From a virus: a stretch of 64,000 nt of DNA. The notes beneath the pieces were generated by a model, which saw nothing but the letters and a program-made list of their open reading frames with translations, was not told the DNA's origin and did no database searches. A program made the translations under genes and the position numbers. Positions 19,007 through 28,451 of this stretch are shown here, in pieces. Every line of letters begins with the position of its first letter. Within the stretch, counting starts at the first letter, position 1. The stretch lies in the IMG/VR virus record IMGVR_UViG_3300042475_004151, one strand, 5' to 3'.

Positions 19007-19135
19007 TTAATGTCCTTGACCACGGTAATTCTTTTCAGAACGATCGTGTTTGTTATATGATTTTTTTGCTTTACCTGTTTTACGTTTACCAAATGATAAT
19101 TTTTTAGAATCACCACCGCGTGTTGCTTTTGCCAT
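19007..19135 (-). CDS. Small basic protein, 42 aa, ending YRGQG (below the ORF-track cutoff)
   Basis: Manual translation MAKATRGGDSKKLSFGKRKTGKAKKSYNKHDRSEKNYRGQGH; exactly fills the gap between its neighbours. Confidence 0.8.
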   Translation of the reverse strand: MAKATRGGDSKKLSFGKRKTGKAKKSYNKHDRSEKNYRGQGH

Positions 19136-19136
19136 C

Positions 19137-19649
19137 TTAGATATCGTTTACTATAATTTGATTAATATAATCACGAATATCTTCAACATCAAATCCTTCA
19201 GCATCTAAATCTCCCATTATACCTTCAGCGGCGGCTAATAAACTTAGAATATGGTTTCTATTAACTAAACCATCCATACGTTTAAATGCTTCACTACTTA
19301 TTTCTTCTACTTTTTCTTTACCTTCATTCATACTAGGTTTAACCATATCATTTAAATAAACATCATCTATAGAAACAAAAGAAAATGAACCTGGGGCGTC
19401 AGGATACATAAACATATATTCACCTACTTTTCCAGCTGATGATCCACCACTTACTTTTCCTATATATTGATAACCATCATGCCATTCATCCATTCCAGCA
19501 TCATAAATTTGATAGTATTGTTTTTGTTTTAATTGAACTTCTTCTTCTACTTTTGCCTCATCTTTCATCATTGTTTCCTGGTATTCACTTTCAGTAATTA
19601 ATCCAGCTAAGCGTTTTAGTTTTGCTATTTCGTTTATTGGTTTTTTCAT
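19137..19649 (-). CDS. Putative internal head protein, class A leader
   Basis: MKKPINEIAKLKRLAGLITE leader resembles the scaffold C-terminus. Confidence 0.75.
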   Translation of the reverse strand: MKKPINEIAKLKRLAGLITESEYQETMMKDEAKVEEEVQLKQKQYYQIYDAGMDEWHDGYQYIGKVSGGSSAGKVGEYMFMYPDAPGSFSFVSIDDVYLNDMVKPSMNEGKEKVEEISSEAFKRMDGLVNRNHILSLLAAAEGIMGDLDAEGFDVEDIRDYINQIIVNDI

Positions 19650-19662
19650 TTTATTTTAATTT

Positions 19663-20496
19663 TTAATATCCTAATTTTTTAATTCTTTCCTTAACAAATA
19701 TAGCTGCTTGAGCTACTGGGTAGTCAAAGTCTTTAGCTATTCTTTTAAGAAAAGCTAATACTAATTTATCACCTTCTGGATTATCAGATTTAAACATACG
19801 AACTGATTCTTCACTTAATTCACTTTGTCTACGTCTTGAGTAGTCACTAACTGGTTCTTCATTTGAATTTTCATCTTGATCTATTTCGATATAAAATCCT
19901 ATATCTTCAATTAATTCTTGTAATTCTTTAAGAGCTTGAAGTAATCCTACTTTATCTGTTGTTGAAATATTAGAGTTAGTAGTAATATTATTATTTAAAT
20001 TTTTAATAATTACTTCAACTCTATCTACTAACATAAGAGGATCTTGAGCTTGTGCTTCATTTATAGTAGTAGATTCAAATAATTTATTAAAAAATGCTTT
20101 TAATTTATCATGTAAAGCTGAAGCTTCGTCATCAGATAATTTTTTAGCTGCTTTAGCCATCACTGCTGTGATTTTATCATACATGTCCTGTACTTTAGCT
20201 TGGTCAGGTTCTTCAGCTAAGAAGTCCATCATTTTTTCAGCTTGAGCATCTCCGATATCTCCACCTATGTCTTCTTTAACTTCTTCTTTTTCTTCACGTA
20301 CACCTTGATCAGCGTACATTTTACAATAACTTATACTAACTTCATCACGGTTACCTTCATCATCTACACGATAGCATGTATATCCATCATCACTATAAAC
20401 GTATATTTTTTCAGATTCGTTTAATGTTTTTAATCTAGCATAAGATCCTAACTTATTTTCTGTTAGGAATTTTTTCATATCAAAATTGTCTGCCAT
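19663..20496 (-). CDS. Putative internal head protein, class B leader, modular
   Basis: MADNFDMKKFLTENKL leader; internal LNE/VRE/LAE/LFE/INE/LSE boundaries. Confidence 0.75.
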   Translation of the reverse strand: MADNFDMKKFLTENKLGSYARLKTLNESEKIYVYSDDGYTCYRVDDEGNRDEVSISYCKMYADQGVREEKEEVKEDIGGDIGDAQAEKMMDFLAEEPDQAKVQDMYDKITAVMAKAAKKLSDDEASALHDKLKAFFNKLFESTTINEAQAQDPLMLVDRVEVIIKNLNNNITTNSNISTTDKVGLLQALKELQELIEDIGFYIEIDQDENSNEEPVSDYSRRRQSELSEESVRMFKSDNPEGDKLVLAFLKRIAKDFDYPVAQAAIFVKERIKKLGY

Positions 20497-20497
20497 T

Positions 20498-21481
20498 TTA
20501 TTTTAGTTTTGTCGATTTTAAAAATAAGGATTTAGTGGATTCTTTAATTTGCTGGATTGATTTTTCAGTATATTTTTTATATTTCAATCCACCCTCACTC
20601 TCACTTAATTCACTTTGTAAGCGATTCATATATTCGAATAAACGATTAATTTCGTTTACTTTTTGTTTTACTTGTTTAACTGCACTATGGAATTGTTCTG
20701 GTTTAGTACGTGTTTTAGATTCGTTTCTAAAACGAGCATATCCTTCTTTTAAATACATACCAGTTAACTTTCTTAGCACTTTAATAATTTCTTCTCTTGA
20801 AGCTCCTGGAGTATTCATCCATTGTAAAAATACTTCTTGAGCGTCTGGTGACAAAGTACCGTTTTGTTTAGCAGCTTGTAAGTAAGTTAAGATTTCATCT
20901 GTATTATTATCTGATGTTTCATTCATCATTGATGCTCTTCTTTTAATTTCTCCTTTATCCATATAAGGATTATTTTCACCTTGTCCTTTTAACATAGTGA
21001 TTGCTCTATCAATTTTATTTAGCATACCTCCGTATCTATTAGCAATTGGACCACCTTCTGGTTCTGCTTCTTGTTCCATATCCATCATTAATTGATTTCT
21101 CTGTCTTAAAAGTGCTTTAATTTTATCAGCATTTTTAATAGCTTTATAATCAGGATTGATTGTTTTTACAGGTTCAGGTTTTGGTAGAGATTTTTGATAT
21201 GCCGCTGCTCTTACTTTCATTAAAACAGGATCATTAGCATCTATTTCTTTTACTTTATCTTCCCATAATTCTTTATAATCCATAGCCTTAGACTTACGAT
21301 TAGGAATTGATGGAGCTGCTTTCCAATCACTTGGAGTACCTTTGTTATCACGTTTACCAAAAGCATATTTGGTAGCTACACCTGCACCATCACCAGCAGT
21401 GACAGAAGCACCAGTACCAGTACCTGATATTTCTTTTCTAAGAGCAGTGGCTAATTCCTGTTTTAGTTTCTTTTTATCCAT
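20498..21481 (-). CDS. Hypothetical head-associated protein, modular
   Basis: Overlaps the upstream gene; LWE/MNE/LKE segment boundaries; C-terminal coiled coil. Confidence 0.75.
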   Translation of the reverse strand: MDKKKLKQELATALRKEISGTGTGASVTAGDGAGVATKYAFGKRDNKGTPSDWKAAPSIPNRKSKAMDYKELWEDKVKEIDANDPVLMKVRAAAYQKSLPKPEPVKTINPDYKAIKNADKIKALLRQRNQLMMDMEQEAEPEGGPIANRYGGMLNKIDRAITMLKGQGENNPYMDKGEIKRRASMMNETSDNNTDEILTYLQAAKQNGTLSPDAQEVFLQWMNTPGASREEIIKVLRKLTGMYLKEGYARFRNESKTRTKPEQFHSAVKQVKQKVNEINRLFEYMNRLQSELSESEGGLKYKKYTEKSIQQIKESTKSLFLKSTKLK

Positions 21482-22328
21482 TTACTTTTTTAATTTCTTC
21501 AGCTAATTGCTGATATTGAAGTAATGTTACTAAATGTTCATCTTTTACGGATGATTTAGTAGATATCGGTTTAATCAGCGTTATAACTTCGTTTAACTTG
21601 ATTTCAATTGTTCTATCATTAACTTGTTTAACTAAATCAGTTAGTTCTTTTTTAACTTTATTTAGGTTCTCATTAATGAATTCTTTCAGGTGTTCAGGAT
21701 TAGAGATATTATTGATAAATTCTTTAAGAACTAACTTTTGTCTATCACTTAGATCAGAATATTTGGAATTGAATTTCTCAATTAACATTCTGTACGCTAA
21801 TATGCGTATATTTTTGTCTTCTTTATTGAAACTTTTAAGTTCATCCGAATCATTATTTTCAATTAATTGTTTTTTCGTGATGTGTTCCATAATGGTAAGC
21901 TTATTGATCACGATTTGTTTCGGTTCAATAAACTTATTTTCCATTGCTGCTTCAAATAATGTATAGGCGGCGGCTAATGTTTTGTAGTTATTTACTTTTG
22001 ATTTAAAGAAGCTTTCTAGATTATAATGTTTCTTAATTTCTTTAATTAAGTTATATTTTTCCTTAAGTAATTCTTCTTTTTTTAATTTTTTAGCTTGATC
22101 AACAATGGCATTAATTAAAGACTCAGCTTTACCCTCACTTAGGCGAGGTGCAGTTAATACTGTATGATAAAGTTTATGTTCTTTTGCCAATTCACTGTTA
22201 GTAAAAAATTTTTTTACAATTTTTACTGCTTTAGAATCAGTATTAGCCAATGTATCAGATGCAATTTGACGCACTAATAGTTCAAATAATACACCTGTGT
22301 TACGAAATTTGTTATGTTTAATACGCAT
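21474..22328 (-). CDS. Helical protein downstream of the portal (possible prohead core component)
   Basis: Long helical ORF MRIKHNKFRNTGVLFELLVRQI adjacent to the portal gene. Confidence 0.75.
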   Translation of the reverse strand: MRIKHNKFRNTGVLFELLVRQIASDTLANTDSKAVKIVKKFFTNSELAKEHKLYHTVLTAPRLSEGKAESLINAIVDQAKKLKKEELLKEKYNLIKEIKKHYNLESFFKSKVNNYKTLAAAYTLFEAAMENKFIEPKQIVINKLTIMEHITKKQLIENNDSDELKSFNKEDKNIRILAYRMLIEKFNSKYSDLSDRQKLVLKEFINNISNPEHLKEFINENLNKVKKELTDLVKQVNDRTIEIKLNEVITLIKPISTKSSVKDEHLVTLLQYQQLAEEIKKVNG

Positions 22329-22364
22329 AATTTAGTATAATGATACTACCTATAAATATGTAGT

Positions 22365-24254
22365 TTATTTGATTTCATCGCGAATGTTATCTTCATTTAA
22401 CATATCGTTTTCAAATAATGTTGTTTTACGACTAACTGGTAGCTTCTCAAACATTTTTTTATTTTTAAGAAATGTTTCTAACGCAAGAGGTGAGCCACCT
22501 TTCCATTGAGTTTTTGCTAAAACATCTTCTTGATCAGTACCTGCTGAACGATATGTTTTAGACCCAAGACGATCTTTACCAAATGCGTTATCTTGTCTAT
22601 TGATATTTGATACAGATTTTTTTGGACGGCCAACTAGATGTACAGGTTCGTTTGGATTTTTCTCATCATATCCTATTGGTACTTCACCATCTTTTCTACC
22701 CTTACCATACGCTGTTGCTAATTGGTGTGGTGTACCATATACTTGACCTGTTTCTAATGGATCATTACCTTCATTTTCAATTTGATCTAGTCTAAATTTA
22801 CGTTTTTTATCTTCAGCCATCAAATCACGATATTCATCATATTGATCTTGACTAAAGTGGAATAAATTATCATAGATCCAATCTGTTGGTAACAAATTAT
22901 TTTCCATGATTTGAGAAGCTAAGTCAACTTTTTCTTTCATCAACGCTACACGCTCTTGATCATATATAATTGATGGTGTAGTTAATGATAATTCAAAATT
23001 AGTTAACATTTCACCATCATATCCCTGAGTATATAGATGTACTAATGCTATTTTGGTTAATTCAGATAATAATATTCTTTGGATACGTTCCACTGTACGA
23101 GCGAAACGAATATCTTCAGCGGCTAATGTAGCTTTACCTGTTAAATCTTTTTCATATCCCATGAACGCTTTAGGTATCTTAAGAGCAGCGAATAATTTGT
23201 CTCTTAAATAAGCAACGTCCTCAATACCATTATATTCTAATCCTTTTGCTGTTTCAATACGAGTACTTTGATCATTACCACGAACAGGAATATAAAAATC
23301 CTCCATCATGTTCATCATATTGTACTTTAAATTATATTGACCTGTGGTTGGATCTACAAATGGTACTTTTTTAAGTTTTTGTACTGTTTTTTGCATAAAT
23401 GCTTCTACCTCATTTGGTGGAATAGCACCTACGTTCATATAAAATATTCTTTTTTCAGGAGCGCGAACAATACGATGTATTAACATCGCATCTTCCATCA
23501 AAATCATTTGTTTAAATATCTTACGACCTGGTTCTAGATAACTTCTACCATAAGGAAGATAATTGACATCACTTATTAATCTAAAGTGAGCCATTTCATA
23601 GTTTTCAAAGTAAATATCTGATGTAGATGTACCTAAAGCATATTGTGTTTGAGGAGCAGTTATACCAGATACACTTGTTGGATCATATTTAAATCTAATA
23701 TAGTTTGGATTATTAATATCAGTTCCTTCTTCACGTATAATTGAGTAAGCTGAGAATGGTATTACATTATATACACCAAATTTTTCAGCTATTTCTAATT
23801 TAAGATAAAAATCTCCATACTTACACATGTTACGAGCCCAACTCCATAAATTAAATTCAAGATTTAACACATCATAAAATAAATTATAAAGTATTTTCTG
23901 AATATTTTCATCACTAGAGCGAATATGAAGCATTTCTCCATGTTCATTTTTTAAAGTACACTCATCAGCTATAATATCAAGTGCTGAAGCTACAATAGCG
24001 TCAGTATCCATTGCTTCATAATCAGTATAAAGTTGTACTCTTAATGTTTGGTAGTTATAAACGTTATTTACGTTATAAATCCCAGCACCAGATGTTGTAT
24101 ATATTTTAGTGAATCTATCAACTAACGCGTTAGTTTGTAAGGTACCTAATGATTGAATACGATCTGTATCTATTACTCTTAATTCGTCTCCACCTACATT
24201 TCTAATAACGACGTCTGAGGAGAATAAACGTTTAAGATTGTTAAATAATCCCAT
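22365..24254 (-). CDS. gp20: Portal protein (T4 gp20-like)
   Basis: YGRSYLE, LMEDAMLIHRIVRAPEKRIFY, EDFYIPVRG and LFAALKIPK motifs. Confidence 0.96.
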   Translation of the reverse strand: MGLFNNLKRLFSSDVVIRNVGGDELRVIDTDRIQSLGTLQTNALVDRFTKIYTTSGAGIYNVNNVYNYQTLRVQLYTDYEAMDTDAIVASALDIIADECTLKNEHGEMLHIRSSDENIQKILYNLFYDVLNLEFNLWSWARNMCKYGDFYLKLEIAEKFGVYNVIPFSAYSIIREEGTDINNPNYIRFKYDPTSVSGITAPQTQYALGTSTSDIYFENYEMAHFRLISDVNYLPYGRSYLEPGRKIFKQMILMEDAMLIHRIVRAPEKRIFYMNVGAIPPNEVEAFMQKTVQKLKKVPFVDPTTGQYNLKYNMMNMMEDFYIPVRGNDQSTRIETAKGLEYNGIEDVAYLRDKLFAALKIPKAFMGYEKDLTGKATLAAEDIRFARTVERIQRILLSELTKIALVHLYTQGYDGEMLTNFELSLTTPSIIYDQERVALMKEKVDLASQIMENNLLPTDWIYDNLFHFSQDQYDEYRDLMAEDKKRKFRLDQIENEGNDPLETGQVYGTPHQLATAYGKGRKDGEVPIGYDEKNPNEPVHLVGRPKKSVSNINRQDNAFGKDRLGSKTYRSAGTDQEDVLAKTQWKGGSPLALETFLKNKKMFEKLPVSRKTTLFENDMLNEDNIRDEIK

Positions 24255-24284
24255 AATTTGTTTGTATATGTTATAAATATTTGT

Positions 24285-25871
24285 TTATATCAACCAGCTG
24301 ATATCTTCCATACCTCCATTACCTGTATCCATTTGCCATGGATTTTGTTGGAGTGGAGATTGTGGGTTGTATGTATTCGGACCGGAAATATATGATACTT
24401 TTCCTATTCCTCCAAGTGAAGCTCTAGTTAAATCCATTCCTGTTTGTTGAAAACGTAAAGCTGTGTCACGTAAAAACATACCAATACCAAACGCCATTAC
24501 TAAATCGTCATTATATCCATCAGTAGCTTGAGCTTTTCCATTTTTCCAAATAAATGTTCTTAATTCTTCTAATGAACGACGTGATTGTATAATACAAGCT
24601 CTGTCTCTCATATATGCTTCTAATTTAGAAACAACTAATGGACGTGTTTTAATAGTATTTGAGAAACCAGGCACTAAATTATTTTCATTTCTGTTTAAGA
24701 AATTATCCATTGTTATGTTTGTAGTATCTGATTTAGATGAGTAATACATATTTTTATATCCTCTATCTATAATAGTTTGAACTGTATCCCATCCTATATT
24801 ATTGTTTTCAACTACAAGTAATGCTTCATTATATTCAGTAGCTAATGCTACAAGCATATGTCCATAGTCTCTAGTTCCAACTTGACCTTTATATTCTGCT
24901 ACTTGTTTTGCTTCCATTATATCAATAACATGACATGCTGAATAGTCTTTACCATCTCCTCTTGCCACGTCAGCTACAACCATATAATTTTTTGAGTAGT
25001 CTGGATATTCCCATTTCCATAAGTTACCATCAAATCCAGTTTTAGAAACAGGATCTGCTTGGTAGGTTTGAATATACCAATTTAAAATATCAGGTTCAAC
25101 AACTGTATCACCTGATGTACTAAAATCACAATCACATTCTTGGGCAGCATTTCTAAGACCTAAAATAGCATCTTGTTCATCTCTCCATTTTTGAGTTCTT
25201 TCAGGATGTACAGTCCATGGTAATTTAATAGATACAAATCCATTTTTTCCTTCTTCACCACCAATAAATGTTCTATGAAACCAGTTACCTGTACCATAAG
25301 GAGTTGATATAGCTACACATTGTCCTCCTGTAGCTAAAGTTTGTTGCGCAGATGCAAATATCTCATCAATACCTTCAATAAAAGCAGCTTCATCTAGCAG
25401 CAGTAGTGATACTGCTTCAGATCTACCTGCATCTCCAGTAGCGCCAATAGCTTTAATTTGAGACCCATTAGCTAGTTTTAAACTTAATTTATTATTTTCT
25501 GTTGCTTTTAATTTTAACCATGTTGGTAAGTTATCATAGGCAAATTTTACTTTTGTAACCATGTTTTTAGCAGTTTCCTGCTTAGTAGCTATACAAAGTA
25601 TATTTTTATCTTTATTAAATAACATTAACCAAAGTGAATAAGCAGATGATAAAGTAGATATACCTAATTGTCTTGACTTATTAACAACATTATATTTATT
25701 CTTTTTAAATTGATTTAATACTCCTTCTTGAAATGGATATAAATTAAATTGGATACGACCACGTTGTGGGTGTTGAATCCAATAATACTTTTTCATAAAA
25801 TAAACAGGATCTGTAGCACATTTAATATATTCCTGCTTAATTATATCTTTAATATTTTGTTGATCACTCAT
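24285..25871 (-). CDS. gp17: Terminase large subunit (T4 gp17-like)
   Basis: KSRQLGIST Walker A, LLLDEAAFI Walker B, STPYG, ADVARGDGKDYS and DDLVMA nuclease motifs. Confidence 0.96.
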   Translation of the reverse strand: MSDQQNIKDIIKQEYIKCATDPVYFMKKYYWIQHPQRGRIQFNLYPFQEGVLNQFKKNKYNVVNKSRQLGISTLSSAYSLWLMLFNKDKNILCIATKQETAKNMVTKVKFAYDNLPTWLKLKATENNKLSLKLANGSQIKAIGATGDAGRSEAVSLLLLDEAAFIEGIDEIFASAQQTLATGGQCVAISTPYGTGNWFHRTFIGGEEGKNGFVSIKLPWTVHPERTQKWRDEQDAILGLRNAAQECDCDFSTSGDTVVEPDILNWYIQTYQADPVSKTGFDGNLWKWEYPDYSKNYMVVADVARGDGKDYSACHVIDIMEAKQVAEYKGQVGTRDYGHMLVALATEYNEALLVVENNNIGWDTVQTIIDRGYKNMYYSSKSDTTNITMDNFLNRNENNLVPGFSNTIKTRPLVVSKLEAYMRDRACIIQSRRSLEELRTFIWKNGKAQATDGYNDDLVMAFGIGMFLRDTALRFQQTGMDLTRASLGGIGKVSYISGPNTYNPQSPLQQNPWQMDTGNGGMEDISWLI

Positions 25872-25885
25872 GTATATAAATATAT

Positions 25886-25917
25886 AAAAGAAAGTCTAAC
25901 CTTACGGGGTTAGACTT
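25886..25917 (-). terminator. Intrinsic terminator
   Basis: Sense AAGTCTAACC-CCGTAA-GGTTAGACTT-TCTTTT. Confidence 0.8.
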
Positions 25918-25965
25918 CAGAGCCATAATACTGAGACTATAGCGGGGGTTGTTCCTAAGGTAGAA

Positions 25966-26637
25966 CTATTTTACAAGTAAAAATGTTAAGCCAGCTATTG
26001 CTAATCCAGCTCCTATTTTACCTATTTGGGCGCGTATCTTAAGTTTATGATTTTCTAATTGGAGTGTTTTATGTTGAAATTTCCAATCTTTAATCTGATT
26101 TTGTTGATTATCAACTATATTTTTATAATTGATTTCTTTTTGAACATATAGTGATATAACACTATCTTTACCCACTATTCTTTGTCCATTTAAAGTAATA
26201 ATATCATTTTTGACAACTAATTCTTCTTTAGCACCGTCTAATTCAATTAAATCTTTAGCTACGCTAACTAACACTGGTTGTGCTAGTGGAAGTGGATTAG
26301 TAATTGTATCTAATGGGTAACGTTTATTAAATGAAGATATTAATTCTTTTTCAGTATATGTATCAACTTTACTTTTAGATGAATCAATCCATTTAGTTAT
26401 AACTTTAACTTTACCTTTAGCTTCTTCTAATTGAAGTTCAAGATCATAATCAAGTTCTTCTAAAGCCAATACTTCTAAATCTTTTTGATGATTATCTTTT
26501 TGTAATGAATCAACAACCTGTACTAAGCTATCCTGCTTGACTACAAATTCTTTATTTAATCCACTAAATTTGACTTTGTCAAATACTACCCAAATCAATA
26601 ACAATAAAATAACTACTAATAATATATATTTTTTCAT
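25966..26637 (-). CDS. Membrane-anchored coiled-coil protein (spanin-like candidate)
   Basis: N-terminal TM ILLVVILLLLIWVVF, long heptad region, C-terminal hydrophobic GAGLAIAGLTFLLV. Confidence 0.6.
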   Translation of the reverse strand: MKKYILLVVILLLLIWVVFDKVKFSGLNKEFVVKQDSLVQVVDSLQKDNHQKDLEVLALEELDYDLELQLEEAKGKVKVITKWIDSSKSKVDTYTEKELISSFNKRYPLDTITNPLPLAQPVLVSVAKDLIELDGAKEELVVKNDIITLNGQRIVGKDSVISLYVQKEINYKNIVDNQQNQIKDWKFQHKTLQLENHKLKIRAQIGKIGAGLAIAGLTFLLVK

Positions 26638-26640
26638 AAA

Positions 26641-27609
26641 TTAAATTTCTTCGTCTTCAATATCAATTGGTTCATCATCTATTCCTAATTTTTTTAATTC
26701 CTCTTCATCACTTGTTTTACGTTTTGAACCAATAGCCGGAATTTCTTTTTCACCTAATGCTTTAAGAATTTGTTTCAAAACACTCCTGGTGTTAGTAGCT
26801 CCAAATTTATACTTATCTAGATCATTTAATACTTTAACATAAGCATTATAATCTTCATCTTTTAATTCTTCTAACTTATCAACAAGTTGTTGAATTAAAC
26901 TTGGTAAAGCTGCTTTAGCTACATTTTTAGAACTTTGTTGAGCTGATTTATAATCTGAACTTGACATACCTCCATCTTCAGCTTCAGTTACATTTTTACC
27001 TGTTTTAATATTTGATATAGAATATTGTTTGATAATTTTATCAATCAAATCACCATTATCAACTAACCACTCTCCAGCTTTTGAACCTGTAGCTGTTATT
27101 CTTGGTTTTTTAAGTTTAGCTATATCTTTTTCAGATGGCTCTTTTTCACTTTCATCTCCTGCTGCTGGTGCTTTTTTAGATTTTATATTTTTCTTACCAA
27201 TAAACAAATCTTCAGCATCTTCAGGACTTACAAACATATCACCTTCTTCTGGTTCTTCATCAGCAGCAGTAGCTGTCTTAGCAGTTGTTGTTTGTAGTAA
27301 TTGATTTCTAATATCTGGAGTAAAAGACCAGTTAATACCTGGAGCTGATTTTTTCTCAATATCACTCTTTAGTAATTCAACCTCCATTGGTTCAACACCT
27401 TGTTCTTTTGCTTGAGCTATAAAATAATTAATAACTTGTTGTTTCCTATCTACTTTAAATGTATCAGGTTTACTAATTCTATCTTTTATACCTGGAAATT
27501 CAGGATTTAGTTTATATTTTTCTTTGGCTAAACGAGCCATTTCCTTCATAGGAACTCTAATTTTAAGTTTATTTTCAATTAGAAATTTTTTGTAGTCAAA
27601 ATCTGCCAT
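26641..27609 (-). CDS. Putative internal head protein, class B leader
   Basis: MADFDYKKFLIENKL leader; highly charged. Confidence 0.75.
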   Translation of the reverse strand: MADFDYKKFLIENKLKIRVPMKEMARLAKEKYKLNPEFPGIKDRISKPDTFKVDRKQQVINYFIAQAKEQGVEPMEVELLKSDIEKKSAPGINWSFTPDIRNQLLQTTTAKTATAADEEPEEGDMFVSPEDAEDLFIGKKNIKSKKAPAAGDESEKEPSEKDIAKLKKPRITATGSKAGEWLVDNGDLIDKIIKQYSISNIKTGKNVTEAEDGGMSSSDYKSAQQSSKNVAKAALPSLIQQLVDKLEELKDEDYNAYVKVLNDLDKYKFGATNTRSVLKQILKALGEKEIPAIGSKRKTSDEEELKKLGIDDEPIDIEDEEI

Positions 27610-27637
27610 GATTTGTGTTTATGTGTTAATAAATATT

Positions 27638-28159
27638 TTAAATTATATTATCTAATATAGTATTCATACGATCTGCTGTGGAACCACTAAGTACTATCAT
27701 TTTTTTAGGTGGGTAAAGTGTTAATAAGCGCAAAATTTCTTGATTTATATTAGCTCTATATTCAAGATCTGTTTCTCTTACACCATTATTTTCCATATTT
27801 GTACCTACAGGATCAATATAAAATACAATATCGTATTGTTCTCTTAATAACATAGCTGTGTTTACAAATTGAGATTTTTCATGCATTGTTATTGATTTAG
27901 CTAACATTGTAAATGCAGATACATCCCAAACAGTTCTATCAGCTATAAGATCTTTATGTAATAGCTCACTAGCTCTTTCAGCTAAAAATACTAATTGACC
28001 ATTAATTGTTGAATCTGTATTAAGTGGAATACCTAAATCTCTTAAATATTTGCTACGTTCAGTAGCTATTTTATGTTTTTTAAACAATTTCAGCTCAGAC
28101 AACGATTTAACTAATGTTGTCTTGCCTACTGACATTGTTCCGCATAGTCCTATTTTCAT
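27638..28159 (-). CDS. P-loop kinase/ATPase (NadR-type AAA_28-like)
   Basis: GTMSVGKTT Walker A; ADRTVWD; DIVFYIDP...NGVRE. Confidence 0.8.
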   Translation of the reverse strand: MKIGLCGTMSVGKTTLVKSLSELKLFKKHKIATERSKYLRDLGIPLNTDSTINGQLVFLAERASELLHKDLIADRTVWDVSAFTMLAKSITMHEKSQFVNTAMLLREQYDIVFYIDPVGTNMENNGVRETDLEYRANINQEILRLLTLYPPKKMIVLSGSTADRMNTILDNII

Positions 28160-28192
28160 ATTGGGTGGGGTATAGTTTGATATAAATATTGA

Positions 28193-28423
28193 CTAAAAAC
28201 GTGTATCAAATTTTGGATCTTTAGCTGGTGGGACACCATTACTATCACGTTTGCGATCAAGCCACTCATCTTTAGTGTATTGAAATCCAAACAACCAATA
28301 TTCTTTTTTACCGTCTGGGTGAATTACTGCAGGATCATCCCAATTATGTAGTTTTCCATTCAGTGCGTATACAACTGTACCATCAGGTTTTTTTAATTTT
28401 TTTACTGGTTCTAATTTACTCAT
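28193..28423 (-). CDS. Small protein with one LH..DxPA (MORN-variant-like) repeat
   Basis: NGKLHNWDDPAVIHPDGKKEYWLFG. Confidence 0.7.
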   Translation of the reverse strand: MSKLEPVKKLKKPDGTVVYALNGKLHNWDDPAVIHPDGKKEYWLFGFQYTKDEWLDRKRDSNGVPPAKDPKFDTRF

Positions 28424-28451
28424 ATTTTTATGTTTTAATAAAGATAGTTAA

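Noticed and set aside
18877-19107. Track ORFs 18877-19107 (both strands considered)
   Set aside because: It overlaps the 17310-18995 gene, and the 42-aa ORF 19007-19135 fits the gap exactly.
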